Assembly (NCBI GenBank): GCA_030586555.1
Contig: JAURAC010000032.1
Location: 1,889 to 35,688 of the forward strand
From: Candidatus Subterrananammoxibius californiae
GTDB taxonomy: Bacteria > Planctomycetota > Brocadiia > Brocadiales > Subterrananammoxibiaceae
Length of the DNA: 33,800 nt
Reading direction: 5' to 3'
The notes under the pieces are model-generated. The model saw nothing but the letters and a program-made list of their open reading frames with translations, made no database searches and had not been told where the DNA came from. Of the stretch, positions 17,667 through 27,714 are shown one piece after another. The position numbers and the translations under genes were made by a program. The first letter of the stretch is position 1; every line of letters starts with the position of its first letter.

Positions 17667-19121
17667 TTGCAGAATATAATATACGTCATAAGTGTAGTCA
17701 CTTTTATCTTTTTAGGAATAACCACTTTCATTGATTTAGAAAAGCTAAAAAATTTTCCGGATATGATGCGGGGCATAGGTATGGCTCTTTTAGCTATCTT
17801 AATCCCTTTAGCCATTGCTATTTTATCCAATTACTATCAGAAAAAAGATGATAAAACAAAAGCTTTTGAAATCTTAGACCTGCATGTTATTTTAGATGGA
17901 GTCTTCAAATTTAAATGGTTGCTTATATATGTTGCTTCGATATTTCTACCCACGATGTTTTGGGACACGTTCTCGTCAAGGGAATCTCATCTTATCGAGA
18001 CCATCTTATCTGTCGCTGGGGCTTATTTAGTAGTTAAAACACTACTGGATATTTATCGCTGGGTTAAGGGCAACCCTTCTGAATTTAGATTTTCGTATCT
18101 CAGGAATTTAAAAACCCCAGATGACATGGAAGCCGCTTGGCGTTCTGTATGGCAAGCTGAAAAGACAGGTACATATGATGAAAAAGAATTTTTCAAAATA
18201 TTTTCTCTGAAGATTGACCAACTATTAAAAACATCTGAAAAATTTGAAACCACAACAAAACTTTTAGAAGATTTCAGTGATTTTATAAACAATCGGTCGA
18301 GTGTTGTTTTAGTAAGCGTAATGTTTCATAAAATCTTAGTATGGCATTACGAGACATGGAAGCTGAAAAACCGTTATATTATTCATGATATTCTCGGTGG
18401 CATTGTAAATAAAATCAAGGAACGAGCCTTGAAAAAATATTCATTTTCGTTTTTTAACGACTTAAAGAAGCATTCGGAGGCACATGAAAATGAGAAGGAA
18501 TATTTGGAATATTTTTTCACAATTTTTTTTAGGGATTTCTTTGAAAACATCGAGAGCGTACCAGTAGAAGAGCGCTATAGTATTTGGGAACATCATTTTC
18601 CTCCTGAATGGAAGGTTACAAAAGAAACTTTAGATAAAAATATTTTTGTGTCAAGGATATCATTAAGTGAGTTTTTGAACTGGGCGCAAGGTAGGATTGT
18701 GAACCCAAAAGGGGAATTTGATAAAGAATTAGCTAATATAACAAGCAATCTCTTTCCGGAAGTAGAACCTACAGTATGGGCTTCAATCTTAATTTTTAGG
18801 CTGAGTCCTTGGGTTGGAAATGATCGAATTAAATCTGTTATTGAGCATCCTTGGAATTTTGGAAAAAGTAGGGTTTATCGTGGTAGTGGAGAAGAACCTA
18901 ACCTATTTGAAACAATGGAATCTCAAATTGAATCAGGAAAAAAGAACACTTTCGAATTAGCCACTATGTTATTCAAAGATACTTTTTCAAAAGAAAATTT
19001 AGCGCACTATATCGAAGACCTTAAAAAGTTAAAGTATGGAGACGAATCTTTGGAAGAAGAGAAAAGGACAATACTTTTAGGTCTTTTTACAGATATGTTA
19101 AAGTTTTTGGAAGCATCCTGA
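17667..19121 (+). CDS. Hypothetical protein with about 4 N-terminal TM helices and a large soluble domain (start uncertain)
   Basis: 484-aa ORF, hydrophobic N-terminal quarter, visibly AT-rich. Confidence 0.7.
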   Translation: MQNIIYVISVVTFIFLGITTFIDLEKLKNFPDMMRGIGMALLAILIPLAIAILSNYYQKKDDKTKAFEILDLHVILDGVFKFKWLLIYVASIFLPTMFWDTFSSRESHLIETILSVAGAYLVVKTLLDIYRWVKGNPSEFRFSYLRNLKTPDDMEAAWRSVWQAEKTGTYDEKEFFKIFSLKIDQLLKTSEKFETTTKLLEDFSDFINNRSSVVLVSVMFHKILVWHYETWKLKNRYIIHDILGGIVNKIKERALKKYSFSFFNDLKKHSEAHENEKEYLEYFFTIFFRDFFENIESVPVEERYSIWEHHFPPEWKVTKETLDKNIFVSRISLSEFLNWAQGRIVNPKGEFDKELANITSNLFPEVEPTVWASILIFRLSPWVGNDRIKSVIEHPWNFGKSRVYRGSGEEPNLFETMESQIESGKKNTFELATMLFKDTFSKENLAHYIEDLKKLKYGDESLEEEKRTILLGLFTDMLKFLEAS

Positions 19122-19138
19122 AGCCTGAATCAGAACCT

Positions 19139-19486
19139 TCAAAGAGGTAATATCTCCACGCGATTGGCTAAGTCTTCAGGTTCCCCTCCTTTGGCAATTA
19201 TCTCTAAATCCCGGATGCAAGTTCCTATTGAGACACACAAGGGGTGTGCATAAATTACACCTGCAAAGGGAGTCCCCTTTCGTTGGCGTTGTGTTGCTTC
19301 AACCAGCAGGTCATCGTCAAAAGTAAATAACGCTCGTTGTAAAGCAGTAGAACGATTTAGTAATTCGGGATCTGATAGATTATCTGCATTGTCCTCTTGT
19401 GCAGTTATAATGTCTACACCACGTAGGCGTAACCCATTTGTGACGGCTTTAGGAATATGAGCATCCATAAAGAGGGCGATCGCCAT
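19139..19486 (-). CDS. DUF5615 PIN-like putative toxin
   Basis: LFMDAHIP, LRLRGVDIITAQED, SDPELL, FTFDDD. Confidence 0.85.
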   Translation of the reverse strand: MAIALFMDAHIPKAVTNGLRLRGVDIITAQEDNADNLSDPELLNRSTALQRALFTFDDDLLVEATQRQRKGTPFAGVIYAHPLCVSIGTCIRDLEIIAKGGEPEDLANRVEILPL

Positions 19487-19800
19487 CAAAGCAACCCTTT
19501 AGATTTCAATCGTGCTGCCAATGGTGATTGCTTAACGGTTTGGCGTAGCTGTTCGACATGCTTTAAGCGTCGTTCGATGTCCTTATCAAGTTCCTCAGCA
19601 TGGTCACAATAGTAAGCAAGGGCAGAATGGATTTGTCCCATGGTTAAATAAGGATGTTGGAAGTGAAGCTCTTCCGGGCTCCAGCCATAGGCTATCTTCT
19701 CAGTTACAAGTTCGACCACCTTCATTGTGGTGCCCGAAATAATTGGCACTCCATCTTCTCCGATGACGATATGTTCGTAACCTGTTACAATTAATGACAT
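19486..19800 (-). CDS. DUF433 putative antitoxin
   Basis: GVPIISGTTMKV, GWSPEEL..HPYLTMGQIHSALAYY; TGATG coupling to the PIN gene. Confidence 0.88.
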   Translation of the reverse strand: MSLIVTGYEHIVIGEDGVPIISGTTMKVVELVTEKIAYGWSPEELHFQHPYLTMGQIHSALAYYCDHAEELDKDIERRLKHVEQLRQTVKQSPLAARLKSKGLL

Positions 19801-19811
19801 CGTCAAATCCT

Positions 19812-19853
19812 TAACCCATTTCCTATTACCTATTGCCTATTACCCATTACCTG
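19812..19853. repeat. Heptamer tandem array (TTACCTA-like x6), intergenic
   Basis: TAACCCA TTTCCTA TTACCTA TTGCCTA TTACCCA TTACCTG. Confidence 0.85.
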
Positions 19854-20369
19854 TTATATCCTTACCCCGACCTTCTTAAATTCCTTTTCGCTGTACACTA
19901 TCACATAGTCACTGATTCCAGTCTTTTCACGGATTCTTTTTATCACATCCTCACATTCCTCATCTGTATATCCATGAATCATCGTAAATACGTTGTACTC
20001 CCAGTCGTCAAAGGTGGGGCGTTCATAACAATGGGTCACCTCAGGAAAGCTTGCCATGAGCTTGCCTATTTCATTAACCTTTTCCTCTGGCACCTTCCAG
20101 ACGCACATGGCATTGGAGTTTATGCCAATCTTCCGATGCGCAATTGAGGCGGCAAGCCGCCTTATTTTTCCATCTTCAAGCAGCCGCCCCAGCCTTTCAA
20201 TCACCTCTTCCTCAGGCAAACCGAGTGCAGTGCCGATGTCCTTATAAGGCGTCCTGGTTAGAGGGATGCCGTCCTGGATATGCTTGATGAGTTTAATATC
20301 TATGTCTTCAGTAGGGGCACGTTGCAACGTGCCCCTACCAATCGTCGGTTCATGCCTGGGCTTCGTCAT
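19854..20369 (-). CDS. ahbB: Siroheme decarboxylase beta subunit (Lrp/AsnC-like)
   Basis: QDGIPLTRTPY, HRKIG..NAMCVW, VTHCYER, YNVFTMIHG, SEKEFKK. Confidence 0.85.
   Translation of the reverse strand: MTKPRHEPTIGRGTLQRAPTEDIDIKLIKHIQDGIPLTRTPYKDIGTALGLPEEEVIERLGRLLEDGKIRRLAASIAHRKIGINSNAMCVWKVPEEKVNEIGKLMASFPEVTHCYERPTFDDWEYNVFTMIHGYTDEECEDVIKRIREKTGISDYVIVYSEKEFKKVGVRI
20311..20338. repeat. GTAG-type REP, perfect palindrome inside the ahbB N-terminus
   Basis: GTAGGGGCACGTTGCAACGTGCCCCTAC; encodes GRGTLQRAPT. Confidence 0.93.
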
Positions 20370-21708
20370 ATATCTTGAATTTCACCCCTATCTTAAACTT
20401 TCGCAGCGTAGGAAGGCTGTGCACGGTGAGCCCTGTACGCGTTTCAATTTCCTTTATTTTATCCTTCAGTTTATGCTCATTTGAAGCCGACATAGTAAAC
20501 CATATATTATATGGAATATCCTTGCCCTTCCCCTTTCGTAAGTAATTATGAGAAACGCCATCGTATTCATTAATGATTTTACTGACCTCCTCAATCCTAT
20601 CCTCGGGCGCTCTCATAGCCGCCAGCGTGGCGCTTCTTCCTACTGCCTGGGTATTTATAATAGGCGCTAAACGCCTGACATAGCCCATTTCAATCATACG
20701 TTTTATACGCTCAATTACTAAATCCTCATCCAGGGAAAGCTCCTCGGCAATTGATAAGAATGGTCTGGAACATAGCGGAAGATTAGTCTGAATCCGCTCT
20801 AAAATCTTTTTGTCAGTTACGTCGAGTACGGGTTCGCTTTTTATCATTTGAAGCCTCTTTTTAATTTCCTCAATACCAAGCTCTTTAACCAGCACGCCAA
20901 AACGCTTTTCACCGTTTTCGGAAAGAATTAAATCGGTGCAAACCTGGGCGACATCCATTACCTCCGATTCTGTGGCAAGGCCAATGAGGTCGCTCGCAAA
21001 CCGCGGATGCCGTCCAAGCATGCCGCCAACCATTATGCGATACCCCTTTGCTTCAATCTTAATCGTCCCCGTAGGACATACCTCCGCGCAGAGGCCGCAA
21101 AAGACGCATTTTTCATTGATTATAGTAACATTTCTATCCTTATCAATTGTAATGGCATCTTCCTTGCAAGCTTCAAGGCATTTGCGGCAGCCGTTGCATG
21201 CGCATGCTTCGTCAACGTAAACCGTTGCCCTTGCGTGGACGCCGAGGTCCTTTATTTGCGGTTGAGAACAGCTATTTGGACATCCTGCCACGCCAATCTT
21301 AAAGATTTGGTGAGGCAAAATAGGTCCCTCGGTCTTCTCAAGAAGCCTCTGGCTGAATTTAAGTTCCTTTAGTTTATCCTTAATCTTTTTTGAGAGTTTG
21401 CTTGCGCTAAGGATATTAAATGGGCAGTTGTTTTCCTCGCCGCGGCATGCCTCAATATTAAAAAGGAGCGGTTCGCCATCCTCCACAACGTATTTGTCAT
21501 ACCTTTTTAATATTGCAAACCTACCCGAACTCGTTGCTCGTAGCTCGTCGCTCGTAACTCGTGGTTCGTTTTGCATCGCCACGTCGTCGAGGGTAACGAC
21601 TGTTTTCCCCCTGGTCCGCGCAAGCTTTTCGATTTTTGCTTTCGCAATCTTACGGGCAAATACCGGCACCCGTTCAAGTTTTAAAGCAGCCTCTTTTTCC
21701 CATTTCAT
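20350..21708 (-). CDS. Fusion: PCP_red-like domain + nitrite/sulfite-reductase-like Fe-S domain + 2x[4Fe-4S] ferredoxin + AhbA siroheme decarboxylase
   Basis: MKWEKEA..ERVPVFAR; ACRG..C; AGCPNSCSQPQIKD; CNGCRKC..C and CVFCGLC..CP; then QTNLPLCSRPF, VSHNYLR, YNIWFT, KFKIGVKF. Confidence 0.8.
   Translation of the reverse strand: MKWEKEAALKLERVPVFARKIAKAKIEKLARTRGKTVVTLDDVAMQNEPRVTSDELRATSSGRFAILKRYDKYVVEDGEPLLFNIEACRGEENNCPFNILSASKLSKKIKDKLKELKFSQRLLEKTEGPILPHQIFKIGVAGCPNSCSQPQIKDLGVHARATVYVDEACACNGCRKCLEACKEDAITIDKDRNVTIINEKCVFCGLCAEVCPTGTIKIEAKGYRIMVGGMLGRHPRFASDLIGLATESEVMDVAQVCTDLILSENGEKRFGVLVKELGIEEIKKRLQMIKSEPVLDVTDKKILERIQTNLPLCSRPFLSIAEELSLDEDLVIERIKRMIEMGYVRRLAPIINTQAVGRSATLAAMRAPEDRIEEVSKIINEYDGVSHNYLRKGKGKDIPYNIWFTMSASNEHKLKDKIKEIETRTGLTVHSLPTLRKFKIGVKFKIYDEAQA
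21530..21571. repeat. Heptamer array (CTCGTNN x6, 42 bp) within the fusion ORF
   Basis: CTCGTTG CTCGTAG CTCGTCG CTCGTAA CTCGTGG TTCGTTT; encodes NEPRVTSDELRATS. Confidence 0.85.
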
Positions 21709-21720
21709 AGAATTATCTCA

Positions 21721-21791
21721 CTCAACGAGGTAAAACCTCGTTGTCTACCAAGCGAATCCATTGGTAGACAACGAACTTTACGTTCGTTGAG
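21721..21791. repeat. Inverted doublet of GTAG-type REPs
   Basis: CTCAACGAGG-TAAAA-CCTCGTTGTCTAC ... GTAGACAACGAAC-TTTAC-GTTCGTTGAG. Confidence 0.88.
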
Positions 21792-21795
21792 TTCT

Positions 21796-21824
21796 ATTAT
21801 ATTAACGCACAAAAATTTTGTCAA
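21796..21824 (-). promoter_or_regulatory. Consensus sigma70 promoter of the ahb operon
   Basis: TTGACA-N17-TATAAT on the minus strand. Confidence 0.8.
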
Positions 21825-22061
21825 TGTTAAACTACTGTCTTTTTCCAAGAAAGGTGGGCTAAAAACCTCTAACATCTTCCCTGAGGCGGATTTTGCTTAT
21901 CTTTGAAAGAACATTAAGCTAAAAATTTACTTGCCATGCGTATTTTTGCATGTTAATATAACACAACAAAAAATGTTGAAACTCTAATAACATAAGAGTT
22001 AAAAGCACGTTCTGGGGACGTGCTTTTAACCATCCTATTAATCAAAAAGAGTAGGTTATTG

Positions 22062-24830
22062 ATGGCGAAATACATATATTTCTTCGGTAATGGCAGGGCT
22101 GAAGGCAATGCTAATATGAAGCGCCTTCTTGGAGGTAAAGGTGCTAACCTTGCCGAGATGACGAATCTTTGCATTCCTGTCCCACCGGGCTTCACTATCT
22201 CAGCAGAGGTCTGTGATGCATATTATAAAAATAATTGCAAATATCCAGCAGGTTTAAAAGAAGAGCTTGAACAGAATTTGTCTCGTCTTGAGGAGTTAAT
22301 GGGGGCAAAATTAGGAGACCCGGAAAATCCGCTGCTTGTATCAGTTCGAAGCGGCGCAGCCGCATCAATGCCGGGGATGATGGATACCGTTTTAAACCTC
22401 GGCTTAAATCCAGATTCTATGGACGGTTTGATAAAGAAGACTGAAAATGAACGATTCGCCTGGGATGCCTATCGCAGGTTCATTACCATGTTTGGCGATG
22501 TTGTGATGGGGATGGGACGCCACGATTTTGAAGAAATCCTTGAGAGTCAAAAGAAGCAGGCACGGGTTAAAAATGACACAGACCTTAATGCTGAACAGTT
22601 GAGGAGCCTTGTAGAAAAGTATAAGGCGGTGTATAGAAAGAAAACGGGAGAAGAATTTCCAACCGCCCCAAAGATTCAGTTACAGAAGGCGATTGATGCC
22701 GTATTTAAATCGTGGAATAATCCACGCGCTATAAAGTATCGCCAACTCTATAATATAAAAGGACTCCTCGGAACGGCGGTAAACGTTCAGGCAATGGTCT
22801 TTGGGAATATGGGAACGCATTCCGCAACGGGGGTTTGCTTTACCAGAAATCCAGCCACTGGAGAAAATAAATTTTACGGAGAATTTTTGTTAAATGCGCA
22901 GGGCGAAGATGTAGTCGCAGGGATAAGAACCCCCGAACCAATAGAAAACATGGAAAAGGAGATGCCAGAGGTCTATAAACAATTGTTAGCATTTAAAGAT
23001 AGACTTGAGAAACATTATAAAGACGTCCAGGACTCTGAATTTACGGTTCAAGAGAATAAGCTTTACATGCTCCAGACCCGCACAGGTAAGCGCACTGCTC
23101 AGGCGGCGGTGAGGTTCGCCGTGGATATGGTAAATGAGGGCTTAATTAACAAGCAAACAGCCATACAGAGGATTGACCCATATCAGGTTGACCAACTCTT
23201 GCATCCAACATTTGACCCGAAAGCAAAGAAGCAGGTGATTGCAACCGGCTTGCCCGCATCCCCGGGCGCAGTAACTGGAAAGGTCGTATTCAACGCAGAA
23301 GATGCAGAGAAGCTTGCCGCCAAAAAGGAAAAGGTTATCTTGGTGAGGAAAGAAACGTCCCCGGAAGATATTGGAGGGATGCATGCAGCACAGGGAATCC
23401 TTACTACAAGGGGAGGAATGACCAGTCACGCAGCCGTTGTGGCAAGGGGCATGGGAAAGTGTTGCGTGGCGGGTTGTAGCGTTATTAACGTGGATTATCA
23501 TGCCCAGCAATTTTCAGTTGACCGCAAGGTTGTTAAAAAGGGCGATTATATCTCTCTGGACGGCAGCCTCGGCGAGGTGATGCTTGGTCAGGTTCCAACA
23601 AAGGAGCCGGAGTTAAGCGGGCATTTTGCAACCCTTATGGAATGGGCTGACGGGATGCGCAGTTTAAAGGTAAGGACAAATGCAGATACGCCTACAGATG
23701 CCAAAAACGCCATACGATTTGGCGCCGAGGGGATAGGTTTGTGCCGAACAGAACACATGTTCTTTGGAGAAAACAGGATTGATTACGTTCGGCAAATGAT
23801 TCTTGTTGCGGCAGATGTTAAAGCCAGCAGGGCAAGGATAGCCGCCCTTGAGGCTGAACTTGAGAAGTCGCCTCCCGGTAAGGCGGTGCAGATTAAACAG
23901 GAACTGAAGGGGGTAAAGGAAGCGCTTAAAAAGCCCCTAAAACTGTATACCGATTCTTTGAAGAAGCTCTTGCCTATGCAGCGCGGTGATTTTGAAAAGA
24001 TTCTTACAACGATGAACGGCTTGCCTGTGACTATCCGCCTCTTAGACCCGCCGTTGCATGAGTTCCTTCCACAGGAGGACGCAAACCAGCGTGAGATGGC
24101 TAAAAAAATGGGGGTTAGTTTAAAGGTTGTTCAAGATACCGTCTCAAGCCTGCATGAGTTGAACCCCATGTTAGGGCACCGTGGATGCCGCCTCGGTATT
24201 ACTTACCCTGAAATCTATGATATGCAGGTGCAGGCAATTGTTGAGGCAGCCTGTAACGTAAAGAGGAAGGGCATCGAGGTACATCCAGAAATAATGATTC
24301 CACTGATTGGAACGATTCAGGAGTTCGGTATCCTGAAAGAGCGTACTGATAAGATAGCAAAAGAGGTAATGACGAAAAAAGGAATTAATCTGGATTACAT
24401 GGTTGGAACAATGATAGAACTTCCACGGGCTGCGCTGACAGCAGACCAGATTGCCAGAGAAGCCCAGTTCTTCTCCTTTGGAACAAATGACCTGACGCAA
24501 ATGACCTACGGCTTCAGCCGCGATGATGTCGGGACATTTGTGCCTGATTATTTAGAGAAGAGCATTCTCGAAAAGGACCCTTTCAGCTCTATTGACAAGG
24601 AAGGCGTTGGACAACTTGTCGAGATAGGCATTAAAAAGGGGCGCAGCGTCAGACATGACCTCAAGGTCGGAATCTGTGGAGAACACGGCGGAGATCCATC
24701 ATCCATTTTCTTCTGCCACAAGGTAGGGATGGATTACGTAAGCTGCTCGCCCTTCAGGGTGCCTGTTGCCCGATTAGCCGCCGCCCAAGCCGCCCTGAGT
24801 GAGCACGCTGTAAAGGATGCCACGGTGTAG
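22062..24830 (+). CDS. ppdK: Pyruvate, phosphate dikinase
   Basis: [66 protein letters not shown]. Confidence 0.98.
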   Translation: MAKYIYFFGNGRAEGNANMKRLLGGKGANLAEMTNLCIPVPPGFTISAEVCDAYYKNNCKYPAGLKEELEQNLSRLEELMGAKLGDPENPLLVSVRSGAAASMPGMMDTVLNLGLNPDSMDGLIKKTENERFAWDAYRRFITMFGDVVMGMGRHDFEEILESQKKQARVKNDTDLNAEQLRSLVEKYKAVYRKKTGEEFPTAPKIQLQKAIDAVFKSWNNPRAIKYRQLYNIKGLLGTAVNVQAMVFGNMGTHSATGVCFTRNPATGENKFYGEFLLNAQGEDVVAGIRTPEPIENMEKEMPEVYKQLLAFKDRLEKHYKDVQDSEFTVQENKLYMLQTRTGKRTAQAAVRFAVDMVNEGLINKQTAIQRIDPYQVDQLLHPTFDPKAKKQVIATGLPASPGAVTGKVVFNAEDAEKLAAKKEKVILVRKETSPEDIGGMHAAQGILTTRGGMTSHAAVVARGMGKCCVAGCSVINVDYHAQQFSVDRKVVKKGDYISLDGSLGEVMLGQVPTKEPELSGHFATLMEWADGMRSLKVRTNADTPTDAKNAIRFGAEGIGLCRTEHMFFGENRIDYVRQMILVAADVKASRARIAALEAELEKSPPGKAVQIKQELKGVKEALKKPLKLYTDSLKKLLPMQRGDFEKILTTMNGLPVTIRLLDPPLHEFLPQEDANQREMAKKMGVSLKVVQDTVSSLHELNPMLGHRGCRLGITYPEIYDMQVQAIVEAACNVKRKGIEVHPEIMIPLIGTIQEFGILKERTDKIAKEVMTKKGINLDYMVGTMIELPRAALTADQIAREAQFFSFGTNDLTQMTYGFSRDDVGTFVPDYLEKSILEKDPFSSIDKEGVGQLVEIGIKKGRSVRHDLKVGICGEHGGDPSSIFFCHKVGMDYVSCSPFRVPVARLAAAQAALSEHAVKDATV

Positions 24831-24852
24831 TTAAAGATCATATTAGATGAAA

Positions 24853-24881
24853 TTGCATAATTATTAAATTGAGGCTATAAT
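24853..24881 (+). promoter_or_regulatory. Sigma70-like promoter
   Basis: TTGCAT-N17-TATAAT just upstream of the small gene pair. Confidence 0.6.
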
Positions 24882-24898
24882 CTATCTAAACAAAAAGT

Positions 24899-25141
24899 GT
24901 GAAATATACCCAATACTTTTTTTACACTCGACAGCGAAGCGACAGAAAAGACATAAAAATTGAATGGATTCGGTACGTTATTGGCAATCCAGAGAAGGAA
25001 GAAAAACAGTCCGACGGTCGGATTAGACGATGGGCTAAAATAACAGAAGCAAATAATAAATACCTCCGTGTTGTTTTATTACAAGACGGCGAGACTGTTC
25101 ACAATGCTTTTTTTGATCATTCTTTCAAGGGGAAGATGTGA
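24899..25141 (+). CDS. Small putative toxin, DUF4258/RelE-like
   Basis: IEWIRYVIGNP, DGRIRRW, YLRVVLL.DGETVHNAFFD; coupled to a DUF2283 gene. Confidence 0.65.
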   Translation: MKYTQYFFYTRQRSDRKDIKIEWIRYVIGNPEKEEKQSDGRIRRWAKITEANNKYLRVVLLQDGETVHNAFFDHSFKGKM

Positions 25142-25338
25142 TGGAAATTAAATATTTTCCTGATACCGACACTCTACTTATTAACTTTACCGACAAAGAG
25201 ATTGTTGATACACGAGATCTAACCGAGAATATCCTGATTGAGCTCGACAAAGATGGAGGCTTGGTTAGTATGACCATCGAACATGCAAAAGAGCAAGCGA
25301 ATATCAAGGATTTCTTATACCAGCAAGTTTCAGGATAG
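25141..25338 (+). CDS. DUF2283 family putative antitoxin
   Basis: IKYFPDTDTLLI, ILIELDKDGGLVSMTIEHA; acidic. Confidence 0.82.
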   Translation: MEIKYFPDTDTLLINFTDKEIVDTRDLTENILIELDKDGGLVSMTIEHAKEQANIKDFLYQQVSG

Positions 25339-25426
25339 AATGCGTTACGCTCGTAAAACTATGAGACCGTAAAGCAAGACCCAAATGTTGACAGACATCT
25401 CTCATTCGACTTGTTGAGACTACAAG

Positions 25427-27073
25427 ATGAAAAAGTTAGAGGTTGATAAACCCGAAACCCTTTTTCAATTCATCCTTAAGACCTACGTTAACCCTGCCAT
25501 TCAATTAATCAAGGAATTCATTTCATGGAACCTTTCTCAGAAGCGGGTACTCGAAAATAAACTAAAACAAAAAGACAGAGAAATTGGCGAATTAAACAAA
25601 CATATTAATAAATTAACGCAATCTTTAAATGCCGGCAGGGAATTTCTTGAAGCTGCAAGAAATTCCGTAGAAGAGGACTTAGAAGCCGAAAGAATCGCCA
25701 TCGGCATACCATCCTTACTTAGCACAGAAGAGACCGCGATAGAAATACCTCCCTCATCGCTACAAAGATTAAATGACTCAAAAATCAAATTGCAGCAGAT
25801 AGAAGAAGCTGGCGTTAAACCCACATCAAAAGGATATTTTGAATTAGGGCTGATAGCTTATTACACAGGCAAATACGCTGATGCTGAAAACCTCTGGAAA
25901 AGCGCATTAACAACAGAACCTCTTCATTTTCACGTCCATTATAACCTCGGGGTGTTTTATACGAAGAAAGGGCTGCTTGATGAGGCTGTCTCTGAATATA
26001 AAAAGGCTACAGAGTCAAATCCCAACCATGCAGAGGCACATTATCATCTTGGGATTGCCTATAATAAAAAGGGAATGTTAGATGATGCAATTAATGAATT
26101 TAAGGCAACGGTTAAGATTGATTCAAAACATTTTACTGCATATTTTAAACTCGGAGACGCTTATAAGGCAAGGGGTATGCTCAAAGAGGCTTTAAACGCA
26201 TACAAGGAGTCCGCCTCAGGCGGGGCGTTAAATCCAAACCTTGTGGATGTGTATAATAATTTGGGCACTGTCTGCAAAATAATGGGAATGATAGACGAGG
26301 CTGTTGATGCGTATAAAAAGGCGCTGGAAATAAACCCCTCCTTTGCTGAGGTTCATAATAACCTCGGTGTTGCCTATGATGATACGGGACGAACCGAAGA
26401 AGCCGTTTCTGAATACATTAAAGCCGTGCAACTTAATCCCGGTTATGCCGAGGCGCATAATAACCTTGGCGCTGCTTATGCACTCAGTGGTAGGTTAGAA
26501 GGGGCTATTGCTGAGTATTTAAAGGCAATCGAAATAAATCGCAATTACGTTGAGGCTTATAATAATCTTGGTGTTGCATACGATAATAAAGGCATGATAG
26601 AAGACGCCGTCAACCAATATATGAAGGCGCTTGAAATCAATCCTGATTATGCAGAAGCGCACAATAATATGGGAATTGCTTGTGTTGAGAAGGGGCTCTT
26701 AGACGATGCAATTCTGGAATATAAAAAAGCGGTACTGATAAACCCGGATTACGCTGAGGCTTATTACAACCTTGCCGTTGTGTACTCCAAGAAGAAAATG
26801 TTTAACGAGGCAATAGATGGTTATAAGAGGGTACTTAAAATTGACCCAACAGATGCAGCAGCGCATCATAACCTTAGTATAGCTTACAGGCATAAAGGCA
26901 TGATAGATGAGGCAATCTCAGAGTGTAAAAAGGCCGTAGAGATTAAGCCCGACCTTGCCGAGGCGCACTATAATCTTGGAGTTGCCTATCAAGAGAAAGG
27001 GATACCGATTCTTGCAAGACAGGAGCTTGCTATATATAAGAAATTGATAAATCAAGCCCCTACTGGAATATGA
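25427..27073 (+). CDS. TPR repeat protein with an N-terminal coiled coil
   Basis: About 11-12 34-aa repeats of the form AEAHNNLGxAY...A..Y.KAxEINP. Confidence 0.92.
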   Translation: MKKLEVDKPETLFQFILKTYVNPAIQLIKEFISWNLSQKRVLENKLKQKDREIGELNKHINKLTQSLNAGREFLEAARNSVEEDLEAERIAIGIPSLLSTEETAIEIPPSSLQRLNDSKIKLQQIEEAGVKPTSKGYFELGLIAYYTGKYADAENLWKSALTTEPLHFHVHYNLGVFYTKKGLLDEAVSEYKKATESNPNHAEAHYHLGIAYNKKGMLDDAINEFKATVKIDSKHFTAYFKLGDAYKARGMLKEALNAYKESASGGALNPNLVDVYNNLGTVCKIMGMIDEAVDAYKKALEINPSFAEVHNNLGVAYDDTGRTEEAVSEYIKAVQLNPGYAEAHNNLGAAYALSGRLEGAIAEYLKAIEINRNYVEAYNNLGVAYDNKGMIEDAVNQYMKALEINPDYAEAHNNMGIACVEKGLLDDAILEYKKAVLINPDYAEAYYNLAVVYSKKKMFNEAIDGYKRVLKIDPTDAAAHHNLSIAYRHKGMIDEAISECKKAVEIKPDLAEAHYNLGVAYQEKGIPILARQELAIYKKLINQAPTGI

Positions 27074-27084
27074 ATGGTCGTAAT

Positions 27085-27125
27085 TATGTATTGATAATAC
27101 ATATTAATAGTGTATAAATTATACA
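27085..27125 (+). promoter_or_regulatory. Promoter with two operator-like inverted repeats
   Basis: TTGATA...TATAAA overlapped by TATGTATT-gat-AATACATA and TGTATAA-a-TTATACA; AGGAGG follows. Confidence 0.7.
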
Positions 27126-27138
27126 GGAGGAAGTCTGT

Positions 27139-27360
27139 ATGAAAAGATTAAATATTACCATACCTGATGATTTAGGTCAGAACTTAGAAAGGGTGCCTAA
27201 TAAAAGCCGTTTCATTGCTGAGGCATTAAAGGAAAAATTAGAAAGGGAGAAAAAGAAAAAGTTAGAAGAACTACTTATCGAAGGATATAAGGCAACAAAA
27301 AAGAAGGATAAGATGCTTAATAAGGAATGGGAGGCAATTACCAGAGAAGGATGGGTTTAA
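27139..27360 (+). CDS. RHH/CopG-type antitoxin
   Basis: RLNITIPDDL, NKSRFIAEALKE, LIEGYK; upstream of a MazF-like gene. Confidence 0.8.
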   Translation: MKRLNITIPDDLGQNLERVPNKSRFIAEALKEKLEREKKKKLEELLIEGYKATKKKDKMLNKEWEAITREGWV

Positions 27361-27363
27361 AAT

Positions 27364-27711
27364 ATGGGTTTTCCTAAAAGAGGTGAAATATGGTTGGTTT
27401 CATTAGAGCCAGTAATCGACAGTGAAATAGGGAAAACAAGACCCGCATTGGTAATCTCCAATGATCAAAATAACCAATTTGCTGATACTGTAACAGTTAT
27501 TCCTATCACTTCAAAGACAGAAAAAATATATCCTTTCGAGACCCTCCTTACAAAAGAAGAGTGTAGAATGCCTGTTGATTCAAAAGTAAAATCTAACCAG
27601 ATCCGAACTATAGATAAGAGAAGATTGGTAAAATTGTTAAGCAGTATATCACAAAACAAACTAAAGGAGGTAGAGCAATCACTTTTAATCCATCTCAGTC
27701 TGATTTTCTAA
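27364..27711 (+). CDS. mazF: PemK/MazF family toxin
   Basis: KRGEIWLVSL.P...SEIGKTRPALVISND..N, VIPITS, QIRTIDKRRL. Confidence 0.92.
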   Translation: MGFPKRGEIWLVSLEPVIDSEIGKTRPALVISNDQNNQFADTVTVIPITSKTEKIYPFETLLTKEECRMPVDSKVKSNQIRTIDKRRLVKLLSSISQNKLKEVEQSLLIHLSLIF

Positions 27712-27714
27712 AAG

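Noticed and set aside
25900..27000. 102-bp periodicity as a CRISPR-like array
   Set aside because: Explained by 34-aa TPR coding repeats.
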